The position numbers were made by a program, and so were the translations under genes. Positions 12,101 to 24,100 of a stretch of DNA of 64,000 nt are shown here, piece after piece. Position 1 is the first letter of the stretch; each line of letters starts with the position of its first letter. The stretch comes from Dendrobates tinctorius (lineage: Eukaryota). The stretch lies in NCBI RefSeq assembly GCF_039654945.1, contig NW_027361940.1, positions 2,232,001 to 2,296,000 on the forward strand, read 5' to 3'. The notes beneath the pieces were generated by a model that worked only from the letters and a program-made list of their open reading frames with translations, did not search any database and was not told the DNA's origin.

Positions 12101-15100
12101 GGTCATGTGACGCCCATCATGGCTGTGCTCGCGCTCTGTAATACTTCCTGTCTGTCGTTGTGGTCATGTGACGCCCGTCATGGCGGTGCTCGCGCTCTGT
12201 ATTACTTCCTCTCTGTCGCTCTGATGTGACGCCCTTCATGGCGGTGCTAGCGCTCTGTATTACTTCCGGTCTGTCGCTGTGGTCATGTGACGCCCGTCAT
12301 GGCGGTGCTCACGCTCTGTATTACTTCCTCTCTGTCGCTGTGGTCATGTGACGCCCGTCATGGCGGTGCTTACGCTCTGTATTACTTCCTCTCTGTCGTT
12401 GTGGTCATGTGACGCCCGTCATGGCGGTACTCGCGCTCTGTATTACTTCCTCTCTGTCGCTGTGGTCATGTGACGCCCGTCATGGCGGTGCTCGCGCTCT
12501 GTATTACTTCCTCTCTGTCGCTGTGGTCATGTGACGCCCTTCATGGCGGTTCTCTCGCTCTGTATTACTTCCTCTTTGTCGCTGTGATCATGTGACGCCC
12601 GTCATGGCGGTACTCGCGCTCTGTATTACTTCCTCTCTGTCGCTGTGGTCATGTGACGCCCTTCATGGCGGTGCTCGCGCTCTGTATTACTTCCTCTCTG
12701 TCGTTGTGGTCATGTGACGCCCGTCATGGCGGTACTCGCGCTCTGTATTACTTCCTCTCTGTCGCTGTGGTCATGTTTCGCCCGTCATGGCGGTGCTCGC
12801 GCTCTGTATTACTTCCTCTCTGTCGCTGTGGTCATGTGACGCCCTTCATGGCGGTTCTCGCGCTCTGTATTATTTCCTCTTTGTCGCTGTGATGTGACGC
12901 CCGTCATGGCGGTACTCGCGCTCTGTATTACTTTCTCTCTGTCGCTGTGGTCATGTGACGTCCATCATGGCGGTGCTCGCGCTCTGTATTACTTCCTGTC
13001 TGTCGCTGTGGTCATGTGACGCCCGTCATGGCGGTGCTCGCGCTCTTTATTACTTCGTCTCTGTCGCTGTGGTCATGTGATGCCCTTCATGGCGGTGCTC
13101 GCGCTCTGTATTACTTCCTCTTTGTCGCTGTGATGTGACGCCCGTCATGGCGGTGCTCGCGCTCTGTGTTACTTCCTCTCTGTCGCTGTGGTCATTTGAC
13201 GTCCGTCATGGCGGTGCTCGCGCTCTGTATTACTTCCTCTCTGTCGCTGTGATGTGACGCCCTTCATGGCGGTGCTCGCGCTCTGTATTACTTCCTCTCT
13301 GTCGTTGTGGTCATGTGACGCCCGTCATGGCGGTACTCGCGCTCTGTATTACTTCCTCTCTGTCGCTGTGGTCATGTGACGCCCGTCATGGCGGTGCTCG
13401 CGCTCTGTATTACTTCCTCTCTGTCGTTGTGGTCATGTGACGCCCTTCATGGCGGTTCTCGCGCTCTGTATTACTTCCTCTTTGTCGCTGTGATCATGTG
13501 ACGCCCGTCATGGCGGTACTCGCGCTCTGTATTACTTCCTCTCTGTCGCTGTGGTCATGTGACGCCCTTCATGGCGGTGCTCGCGCTCTGTATTACTTCC
13601 TCTCTGTCGTTGTGGTCATGTGACGCCCGTCATGGCGGTACTCGCGCTCTGTATTACTTCCTCTCTGTCGCTGTGGTCATGTGACGCCCGTCATGGCGGT
13701 GCTCGCGCTCTGTATTACTTCCTCTCTGTCGCTGTGGTCATGTGACGCCCTTCATGGCGGTTCTCGCGCTCTGTATTATTTCCTCTTTGTCGCTGTGATG
13801 TGACGCCCGTCATGGCGGTACTCGCGCTCTGTATTACTTCCTCTCTGTCGCTGTGGTCATGTGACGCCCTTCATGGCGGTGCTCGCGCTCTGTATTACTT
13901 CCTCTCTGTCGCTGTGATCATGTGACGCCCGTCATGGCGGTGCTCGCGCTTAGTATTACTTCCTCTCTGTCACTGTGATGTGACTCCCGTCATGGCGGTG
14001 CTCGCTCTCTGTATTACTTCCTCTCTGTCGCTGTGGTCATGTGACGCCCGTCATGGCGGTGCTCGCGCTCTGTATTACTTCCTCTCTGTCGCTGTGGTCA
14101 TGTGACGCCCTTCATGGCGGTGCTCGCGCTCTTTATTACTTCCTCTTTGTCGCTGTGATGTGACGCCCGTCATGGCGGTGCTCCCGCTCTGTATTACTTC
14201 CTCTCTGTCGCTGTGGTCATGTGACGTCCGTCATGGCGGTGCTCGCGCTCTGTATTACTTCCTCTCTGTCGCTGTGGTCATGTGACGCCCGTCATGGCGG
14301 TTCTAGCGCTCTGTATTACTTCCTGTCTGTCGCTGTGGTCATGTGACGCCCGTCATGGCGGTGCTCGCGCTCTGTATTACTTCCTGTCTGTCACTGTGGT
14401 CATGTGACGCCCGTCATGGCGGTGCTCGCTCTGTATTATTTCCTCTCTGTCGCTGTGATGTGACGCCCGTCATGGCGGTGCTCGCGCTCTGTATTACTTC
14501 CTCTCTGTCGCTGTGATGTGACGTCCGTCATGGCGGTGCTCGCGCTCTGTATTACTTCCTCTCTGTCGCTGTGATGTGACGCCCGTCATGGCGGTGCTCG
14601 CGCTCTGTATTACTTCCTCTCTGTCGCTGTGATGTGACGTCCGTCATGGCGGTGCTCGCGCTCTGTATTACTTCCTCTCTGTCGCTCTGATGTGACGCCC
14701 TTCATGGCGGTGCTCGCGCTCTGTATTACTTCCTCTCTGTCGCTGTGGTCATGTGACGCCCGTCATGGCCGTGCTTGCACTCGGTATTACTTCCTCTCTG
14801 TCGCTGTGGTCATGTGACGCCCGTCATGGCGTGCTCGCTCTGTATTACTTCCTCTCTGTCGCTGTGGTCATGTGACGCCCATCATGGCTGTGCTCGCGCT
14901 CTGTATTACTTCCTGTCTGTCGTTGTGGTCATGTGACGCCCGTCATGGCGGTGCTCGCGCTCTGTATTACTTCCTCTCTGTCGCTCTGATGTGACGCCCT
15001 TCATGGCGATGCTCGCGCTCTGTATTACTTCCGGTCTGTCGCTGTGGTCATGTGACGCCCGTCATGGCGGTGCTCACGCTCTGTATTACTTCCTCTCTGT

Positions 15101-18100
15101 CGCTGTGGTCATGTGACGCCCGTCATGGCGGTGCTTACGCTCTGTATTACTTCCTCTCTGTCGTTGTGGTCATGTGACGCCCGTCATGGCGGTACTCGCG
15201 CTCTGTATTACTTCCTCTCTGTCGCTGTGGTCATGTGACGCCCGTCATGGCGGTGCTCGCGCTCTGTATTACTTCCTCTCTGTCGCTGTGGTCATGTGAC
15301 GCCCGTCATGGCGGTGCTCCCGCTCTGTATTACTTCCTCTCTGTCGCTGTGATCATGTGACGCCCGTCATGGCGGTACTCGCGCTCTGTATTACTTCCTC
15401 TCTGTCGCTGTGGTCATGTGACGCCCTTCATGGCGGTACTCGCGCTCTGTATTACTTCCTCTCTGTCGTTGTGGTCATGTGACGCCCGTCATGGCGGTAC
15501 TCGCGCACTGTATTACTTCCTCTCTGTCGCTGTGGTCATGTTTCGCCCGTCATGGCGGTGCTCGCGCTCTGTATTACTTCCTCTCTGTCGCTGTGGTCAT
15601 GTGACGCCCGTCATGGCGGTGCTCGCGCTCTTTATTACTTCGTCTCTGTCGCTGTGGTCATGTGATGCCCTTCATGGCGGTGCTCGCGCTCTGTATTACT
15701 TCCTCTTTGTCGCTGTGATGTGACGCCCGTCATGGCGGTGCTCGCGCTCTGTATTACTTCCTCTCTGTCGCTGTGGTCATTTGACGTCCGTCATGGCGGT
15801 GCTCGCGCTCTGTATTACTTCCTCTCTGTCGCTGTGATGTGACGCCCTTCATGGCGGTGCTCGCGCTCTGTATTACTTCCTCTCTGTCGTTGTGGTCATG
15901 TGACGCCCGTCATGGCGGTACTCGCGCTCTGTATTACTTCCTCTCTGTCGCTGTGGTCATGTGACGCCCGTCATGGCGGTGCTCGCGCTCTGTATTACTT
16001 CCTCTCTGTCGTTGTGGTCATGTGACGCCCTTCATGGCGGTTCTCGCGCTCTGTATTACTTCCTCTATGTCGCTGTGATCATGTGACGCCCGTCATGGCG
16101 GTACTCGCGCTCTGTATTACTTCCTCTCTGTCGCTGTGGTCATGTGACGCCCTTCATGGCGGTGCTCGCGCTCTGTATTACTTCCTCTCTGTCGTTGTGG
16201 TCATGTGACGCCCGTCATGGCGGTACTCGCGCTCTGTATTACTTCCTCTCTGTCGCTGTGGTCATGTGACGCCCGTCATGGCGGTGCTCGCGCTCTGTAT
16301 TACTTCCTCTCTGTCGCTGTGGTCATGTGACGCCCTTCATGGCGGTTCTCGCGCTCTGTATTATTTCCTCTTTGTCGCTGTGATGTGACGCCCGTCATGG
16401 CGGTACTCGCGCTCTGTATTACTTCCTCTCTGTCGCTGTGGTCATGTGACGCCCTTCATGGCGGTGCTCGCGCTCTGTATTACTTCCTCTCTGTCGCTGT
16501 GATCATGTGACGCCCGTCATGGCGGTGCTCGCGCTGTGTATTACTTCCTCTCTGTCACTGTGATGTGACTCCCGTCATGGCGGTGCTCGCTCTCTGTATT
16601 ACTTCCTCTCTGTCGCTGTGGTCATGTGACGCCCGTCATGGCGGTGCTCGCGCTCTGTATTACTTCCTCTCTGTCGCTGTGGCCATGTGACGCCCTTCAT
16701 GGCGGTGCTCGCGCTCTGTATTACTTCCTCTTTGTCGCTGTGATGTGACGCCCGTCATGGCGGTGCTCCCGCTCTGTATTACTTCCTCTCTGTCGCTGTG
16801 GTCATGTGACGTCCGTCATGGCGGTGCTCGCGCTCTGTATTACTTCCTCTCTGTCGCTGTGGTCATGTGACGCCCGTCATGGCGGTTCTAGCGCTCTGTA
16901 TTACTTCCTGTCTGTCGCTGTGGTCATGTGACGCCCGTCATGGCGGTGCTCGCGCTCTGTATTACTTCCTGTCTGTCACTGTGGTCATGTGACGCCCGTC
17001 ATGGCGGTGCTCGCTCTGTATTATTTCCTCTCTGTCGCTGTGATGTGACGCCCGTCATGGCGGTGCTCGCGCTCTGTATTACTTCCTCTCTGTCGCTGTG
17101 ATGTGACGTCCGTCATGGCGGTGCTCGCGCTCTGTATTACTTCCTCTCTGTCTCTGTGATGTGACGCCCGTCATGGCGGTGCTCGCGCTCTGTATTACTT
17201 CCTCTCTGTCGCTGTGATGTGACGTCTGTCATGGCGGTGCTCGCGCTCTGTATTACTTCCTCTCTGTCGCTCTGATGTGACGCCCTTCATGGCGGTGCTC
17301 GCGCTCTGTATTACTTCCTCTCTGTCGCTGTGGTCATGTGACGCCCGTCATGGCCGTGCTTGCACTCGGTATTACTTCCTCTCTGTCGCTGTGGTCATGT
17401 GACGCCCGTCATGGCGTGCTCGCTCTGTATTACTTCCTCTCTGTCGCTGTGGTCATGTGACGCCCATCATGGCTGTGCTCGCGCTCTGTATTACTTCCTG
17501 TCTGTCGTTGTGGTCATGTGACGCCCGTCATGGCGGTGCTCGCGCTCTGTATTACTTCCTCTCTGTCGCTCTGATGTGACGCCCTTCATGGCGATGCTCG
17601 CGCTCTGTATTACTTCCGGTCTGTCGCTGTGGTCATGTGACGCCCGTCATGGCGGTGCTCACGCTCTGTATTACTTCCTCTCTGTCGCTGTGGTCATGTG
17701 ACGCCCGTCATGGCGGTGCTTACGCTCTGTATTACTTCCTCTCTGTCGTTGTGGTCATGTGACGCCCGTCATGGCGGTACTCGCGCTCTGTATTACTTCC
17801 TCTCTGTCGCTGTGGTCATGTGACGCCCGTCATGGCGGTGCTCGCGCTCTGTATTACTTCCTCTCTGTCGCTGTGGTCATGTGACGCCCGTCATGGCGGT
17901 GCTCCCGCTCTGTATTACTTCCTCTCTGTCGCTGTGATCATGTGACGCCCGTCATGGCGGTACTCGCGCTCTGTATTACTTCCTCTCTGTCGCTGTGGTC
18001 ATGTGACGCCCTTCATGGCGGTACTCGCGCTCTGTATTACTTCCTCTCTGTCGTTGTGGTCATGTGACGCCCGTCATGGCGGTACTCGCGCTCTGTATTA

Positions 18101-21100
18101 CTTCCTCTCTGTCGCTGTGGTCATGTTTCGCCCGTCATGGCGGTGCTCGCGCTCTGTATTACTTCCTCTCTGTCGCTGTGGTCATGTGACGCCCTTCATG
18201 GCGGTTCTCGCGCTCTGTATTATTTCCTCTTTGTCGCTGTGATGTGACGCCCTTCATGGCGGTGCTCGCGCTCTGTACTACTTCCTCTCTGTCGTTGTGG
18301 TCATGTGACGCCCGTCATGGCGGTACTCGCGCTCTGTATTACTTCCTCTCTGTCGCTGTGGTCATGTGACGCCCGTCATGGCGGTGCTCGCGCTCTGTAT
18401 TACTTCCTCTCTGTCGTTGTGGTCATGTGACGCCCTTCATGGCGGTTCTCGCGCTCTGTATTGCTTCCTCTTTGTCGCTGTGATCATGTGACGCCCATCA
18501 TGGCGGTACTCGCGCTCTGTATTACTTCCTCTCTGTCGCTGTGGTCATGTGACGCCCTTCATGGCGGTGCTCGCGCTCTGTATTACTTCCTCTCTGTCGT
18601 TGTGGTCATGTGACGCCCGTCATGGCGGTACTCGCGCTCTGTATTACTTCCTCTCTGTCGCTGTGGTCATGTGACGCCCGTCATGGCGGTGCTCGCGCTC
18701 TGTATTACTTCCTCTCTGTCGCTGTGGTCATGTGACGCCCTTCATGGCGGTTCTCGCGCTCTGTATTATTTCCTCTTTGTCGCTGTGATGTGACGCCCGT
18801 CATGGCGGTACTCGCGCTCTGTATTACTTCCTCTCTGTCGCTGTGGTCATGTGACGCCCTTCATGGCGGTGCTCGCGCTCTGTATTACTTCCTCTCTGTC
18901 GCTGTGATCATGTGACGCCCGTCATGGCGGTGCTCGCGCTGTGTATTACTTCCTCTCTGTCGCTGTGGTCATGTGACGCCCGTCATGGCGGTGCTCGCGC
19001 TCTGTATTACTTCCTCTCTGTCGCTGTGATCATGTGACGTCCGTCATGGCGGTGCTCGCGCTCTGTATTACTTCCTCTCTGTCGCTGTGGTCATTTGACG
19101 TCCGTCATGGCGGTGCTCGCGCTCTGTATTACTTCCTCTCTGTCGCTGTGATGTGACGCCCTTCATGGCGGTGCTCGCGCTCTGTATTACTTCCTCTCTG
19201 TCGCTGTGGTCATGTGACGTCCGTCATGGCGGTGCTCGCGCTCTGTATTACTTCCTCTCTGTCGCTGTGGTCATGTGACGTCCGTCATGGCGGTGCTCGC
19301 GCTCTGTATTACTTCCTCTCTGTCGCTGTGGTCATGTGACGCCCGTCATGGCGGTGCTCGCGCACTGTATTACTTCCTCTCTGTCGCTGTGATGTGACGC
19401 ACGTCATGGCGGTGCTCGCGCACTGTATTACTTCCTCTCTGTCGCTGTGGTCATGTGACGTCCGTCATGGCGGTGCTCGCTCACTGTATTAGTTCCTCTC
19501 TGTCGGTGTGGTCATGTGACGTCCGTCATGGCGGTGCTCGCGCTCTGTATTACTTCCTCTCTGTCGCTGTGGTCATGTGACGCCCGTCATGGCGGTGCTC
19601 GCGCTCTGTATTACTTCCTCTCTGTTGCTGTAGTCATGTGACGCCCGTCATTCCGCTCTGTCGCTGTGGTCATGTGACGCCCGTCATGGCGGTGCTCGCG
19701 CTCTGTATTACTTCTTCTCTGTCGCTGTGATGTGACGCCCGTCATGGCGGTGCTCGCGCACTGTATTAGTTCGTCTCTGTCGCTGTGGTCATGTGACGCC
19801 CGTCATGGCGGTGCTCGCGCTCTGTATTGCTTCCTCTCTGTCGCTGTGGTCATGTGACGCCCGTCATGGCGGTGCTCGGGCTCTGTATTGCTTCCTCTCT
19901 GTCGCTGTGGTCATGTGACGCCCGTCATGGCGGTGCTCGGGCTCTGTATTACTTCCTCTCTGTCGCTGTGGTCATGTGACGCCCGTCATGGCGGTGCTCG
20001 CGCACTGTATTAGTTCGTCTCTGTCGCTGTGGTCATGTGACGCCCGTCATGGCGGTGCTCGCGCTCTGTATTACTTCCTCTCTGTCGCTGTGGTCATGTG
20101 ACGCCCGTCATGGCGGTGCTCGGGCTCTGTATTGCTTCCTCTCTGTCGCTGTGGTCATGTGATGCCCGTCATGGCGGTGCTAGGGCTCTGTATTACTTCC
20201 TCTCTGTTGCTGTGGTCATGTGACGTCCGTCATGGCGGTGCTCGCGCTCTGTATTACTTCCTCTCTGTCGCTGTGGTCATGTGACGCCCGTCATGGCGGT
20301 GCTCGCGCTCTGTATTACTTCCTCTCTGTCGCTGTGGTCAAGTGACACCCGTCATGGCGGTGCTCGCGCTCTGTATTACTTCCTCTCTGTCGCTGTGGTC
20401 ATGTGACGCCCGTCATGGCGGTGCTCGTGCACTGTATTACTTCCTCTCTGTCGCTGTGGTCATGTGACGCCCGTCATGGCGGTGCTCGCGCTCTGTATTG
20501 CTTCCTCTCTGTCGCTGTGATCATGTGACGCCCGTCATGGCGGTGCTCGCGCTCTGTATTGCTTCCTCTCTGTCGCTGTGATCATGTGACACCCGTCATG
20601 GCGGTGCTCGTGCTCTGTATTGCTTCCTCTCTGTCGCTGTGATCATGTGACACCCGTCATGGCGGTTCTCGCGCTCTGTATTATTTCCTGTCTGTCGTTG
20701 TGGTCATGTGACACCCGTCATGGCGGTGCTCTATATTACTTCCTGTCTGTCGCTATGGTCATGTGACACCCGTCATGGCGGTGCTCGCGCACTGTATTAG
20801 TTCCTCTCTGTCGCTGTGGTCATGTGACGCCCATCATGGCGGTGCTCGCGCTCTGTATTGCTTCCTCTCTGTCGCTGTGATCATGTGACGCCCGTCATGG
20901 CGGTGCTCGCGCTCTGTATTACTTCCTCTCTGTCGCTGTGATCATGTGACGCCCGTCATGGCGGTACTCGTGCTCTGTATTACTTCCTGTCTGTCGTTGT
21001 GGTCATGTGCCACCCGTCATGGCGGTGCTCGCGCACTGTATTAGTTCCTCTCTGTCGCTGTGATCATGTGACGCCCGTCATGGCGGTGCTCGGGCTCTGT

Positions 21101-24100
21101 ATTGCTTCCTCTCTGTCGCTGTGATCATGTGACGCCCGTCATGGCGGTGCTCGCGCACTGTATTACTTCCTCTCTGTCGCTGTGGTCATGTGACGCCCGT
21201 CATGGCGGTGCTCGCGCACTGTATTAGTTCCTCTCTGTCGCTGTGGTCATGTGACTTCCGTCATGGCGGTGCTCGCGCTCTGTATTACTTCCTGTCTGTC
21301 GCTGTGGTCATGTGACGCCCGTCTTGGCGGTGCTCGCGCTCTGTATTGCTTCCTCTCTGTCGCTGTGGTCATGTGACGCCCGTCATGGCGGTGCTCGCGC
21401 ACTGTATTAGTTCCTCTCTGTCGTTGTGTCATGTGACGCCCGTCATGGCGGTGCTCGCGCTCTGTATTTCTCAGGGCTGTGGAGTCGGAGTCGGTGCTCA
21501 TTTTGGTGGAGTCGGAGTTGGAGTCGGTATAAAATGGACCGACTCCGACTCCCAAAATATATAATAAATTGGGTACAGTAGTTCAATGCAGGATGTGCTG
21601 AATATTTTTTCATAGGAGTTTGGGAAAGTTATGAAATGTCCTATAAACGGCTGTTCTATTCCTGATCTAAGGCTACATTCACACACACTGTTTTTGCTGC
21701 GTTTTTTGAGGATACGTTTTTCAGCTGCAAAAGCTGATCATCTTTTTAAAAAACTGCATCACCTGAAAGGTTTTTGAGCTCATAGATAATGTTTTCAATA
21801 GCAAAAGCAGATTAGAAATCTGCTCTATCTATCCATTTATCCATATCTGTCTATCCATATCGTATCTGTACCAAAAAGAATGAAAACCGGGTAGTACACC
21901 AATATATACTGTTCTATCTAAATATCTTGATTATTGGATCATAAAAATGATTAAATGTCTGAGGTTCACATTGTACTACTATAAATTTTTCATTTAAATA
22001 TAAGCAATATGTGTGGGAGTCGGAGTCGTGGAGTCGGAGTTGGAGTCGGTGTAAGGGAAATTGAGGAGTCGGAGTCGCAGGTTTGGCTTACCGACTCCAC
22101 AGCCCTGGTATTACTTCCTCTCTGTCGCTGTGGTTCTGTGACGCCCGTCATGGCGGTGCTCGCGCTCTGTATTACTTCCTCTCTGTCGCTGTGGTCATGT
22201 GACGCCCGTCATGGCGGTGCTCGCGCTCTGTATTACTTCCTCTCTGTCGCTGTGGTCATGTGACTCCCGTCATGGCGGTGCTCGCGCTCTGTATTACTTC
22301 CTCTCTGTCGCTGTGGTCATGTGACGCCCGTCATGGCGGTGCTCGCGCTCTGTATTACTTCCTCTCTGTCGCTGTGGTCATGTGACTTCCGTCATGGCGG
22401 TTCTCGCGCTCTGTATTACTTCCTCTCTGTCGCTGTGGTCATGTGACTTCCGTCATGGCGGTGCTCGCGCTCTGTATTACTTCCTCTCTGTCGCTGTGGT
22501 CATGTGACTTCCGTCTTGGCAGTTCTCGCGCTCTGTATTAGTTCCTCTCTGTCGCTGTGGTCATGTGACGCCCGTCATGGCGATGCTCGCGCTCTGTATT
22601 ACTTCCTCTCTTTCGCTGTGGTCATGTGACGCCCGTCATGGCGGTGCTCGCGCTCTGTATTACTTCCTCTCTGTCGCTGTGGTCATGTGACTTCTGTCAT
22701 GGCGGTGCTCGCGCTCTGTATTACTTCCTCTCTGTCGCTGTGGTCATGTGACGCCCGTCATGGCGGTGCTCGTGCTCTGTATTACTTCCTCTCTGTCGTT
22801 GTGGTCATGTGACGCCCGTCATGGCGGTACTCGCGCTCTGTATTACTTCCTCTCTGTCGTTGTGGTCATGTGACGCCCGTCATGGCGGTGCTCGCGCTCT
22901 GTATTACTTCCTCTCTGTCGTTGTGGTCATGTGACGTCCGTCATGGCGGTGCTCGCGCTCTGTATTACTTCCTCTCTGTCGCTGTGGTCATGTGACGCCC
23001 GTCATGGCGGTGCTCACGCTCTGTATTACTTCCTCTCTGTCGCTGTAGTCATGTGACGCCCGTCATGGTGGTGCTCGCGCTCTGTATTACTTCCTCTCTG
23101 TCGCTGTGGTCATGTGACGCCCTTCATGGCGGTTCTCGCACTCTGTATTACTTCCTCTCTGTCGCTGTGGTCATGTGACTCCCTTCATGGCGGTGCTCGT
23201 GCTCTGTATTACTTCCTCTCTGTCGCTGTGATGTGACGCCCTTCATGGCGGTGCTCGCGCTCTGTATTACTTCCTCTCTGTTGCTGTGTTCATGTGACGT
23301 CCGTCATGGCGGTGCTCGCGCTCTGTATTACTTCCTCTCTGTCGTTGTGGTCATGTGACGCCCGTCATGGCGGTTCTCGCGCTCTGTATTACTTCCTCTC
23401 TGTCGCTGTGGTCATGTGACACCCTTCATGGCGGTGCTTGCGCTCTGTATTACTTCCTCTCTGTCGCTGTGATGTGACGCCCTTCATGGCGGTGCTCGCG
23501 CTCTGTATTACTTCCTCTCTGTCGCTGTGGTCATGTGACGCCCTTCATGGCGGTGCTCGCGCTCTGTATTACTTCCTCTCTGTCGCTGTGATGTGACGCC
23601 CTTCATGGCGGTGCTCGCGCTCTGTATTACTTCCTCTCTGTTGCTGTGGTCATGTGACGTCCGTCATGGCGGTGCTCGCGCTCTGTATTACTTCCTCTCT
23701 GTCGTTGTGGTCATGTGACGCCCGTCATGGCGGTTCTCGCGCTCTGTATTACTTCCTCTCTGTCGCTGTGGTCATGTGACGCCCTTCATGGCGGTGCTCG
23801 CGCTCTGTATTACTTCCTCTCTGTCGCTGTGGTCATGTGACGCCCTTCATGGCGGTGCTCGCGCTCTGTATTACTTCCTCTCTGTCGCTGTGATGTGACG
23901 CCCTTCATGTCGGTGCTCGCGCTCTGTATTACTTCCTCTCTGTCGTTGTGGTCATGTGACGCCCGTCATGGCGGTGCTCGCGCTCTGTATTACTTCCTCT
24001 CTGTCACTGTAGTCATGTGTCGCCCGTCATGGCGGTGCTTGCGCTCTGTATTACTTCCTCTCTGTCGCTGTGGTCATGTGACTTCCGTCATGGCGGTTCT

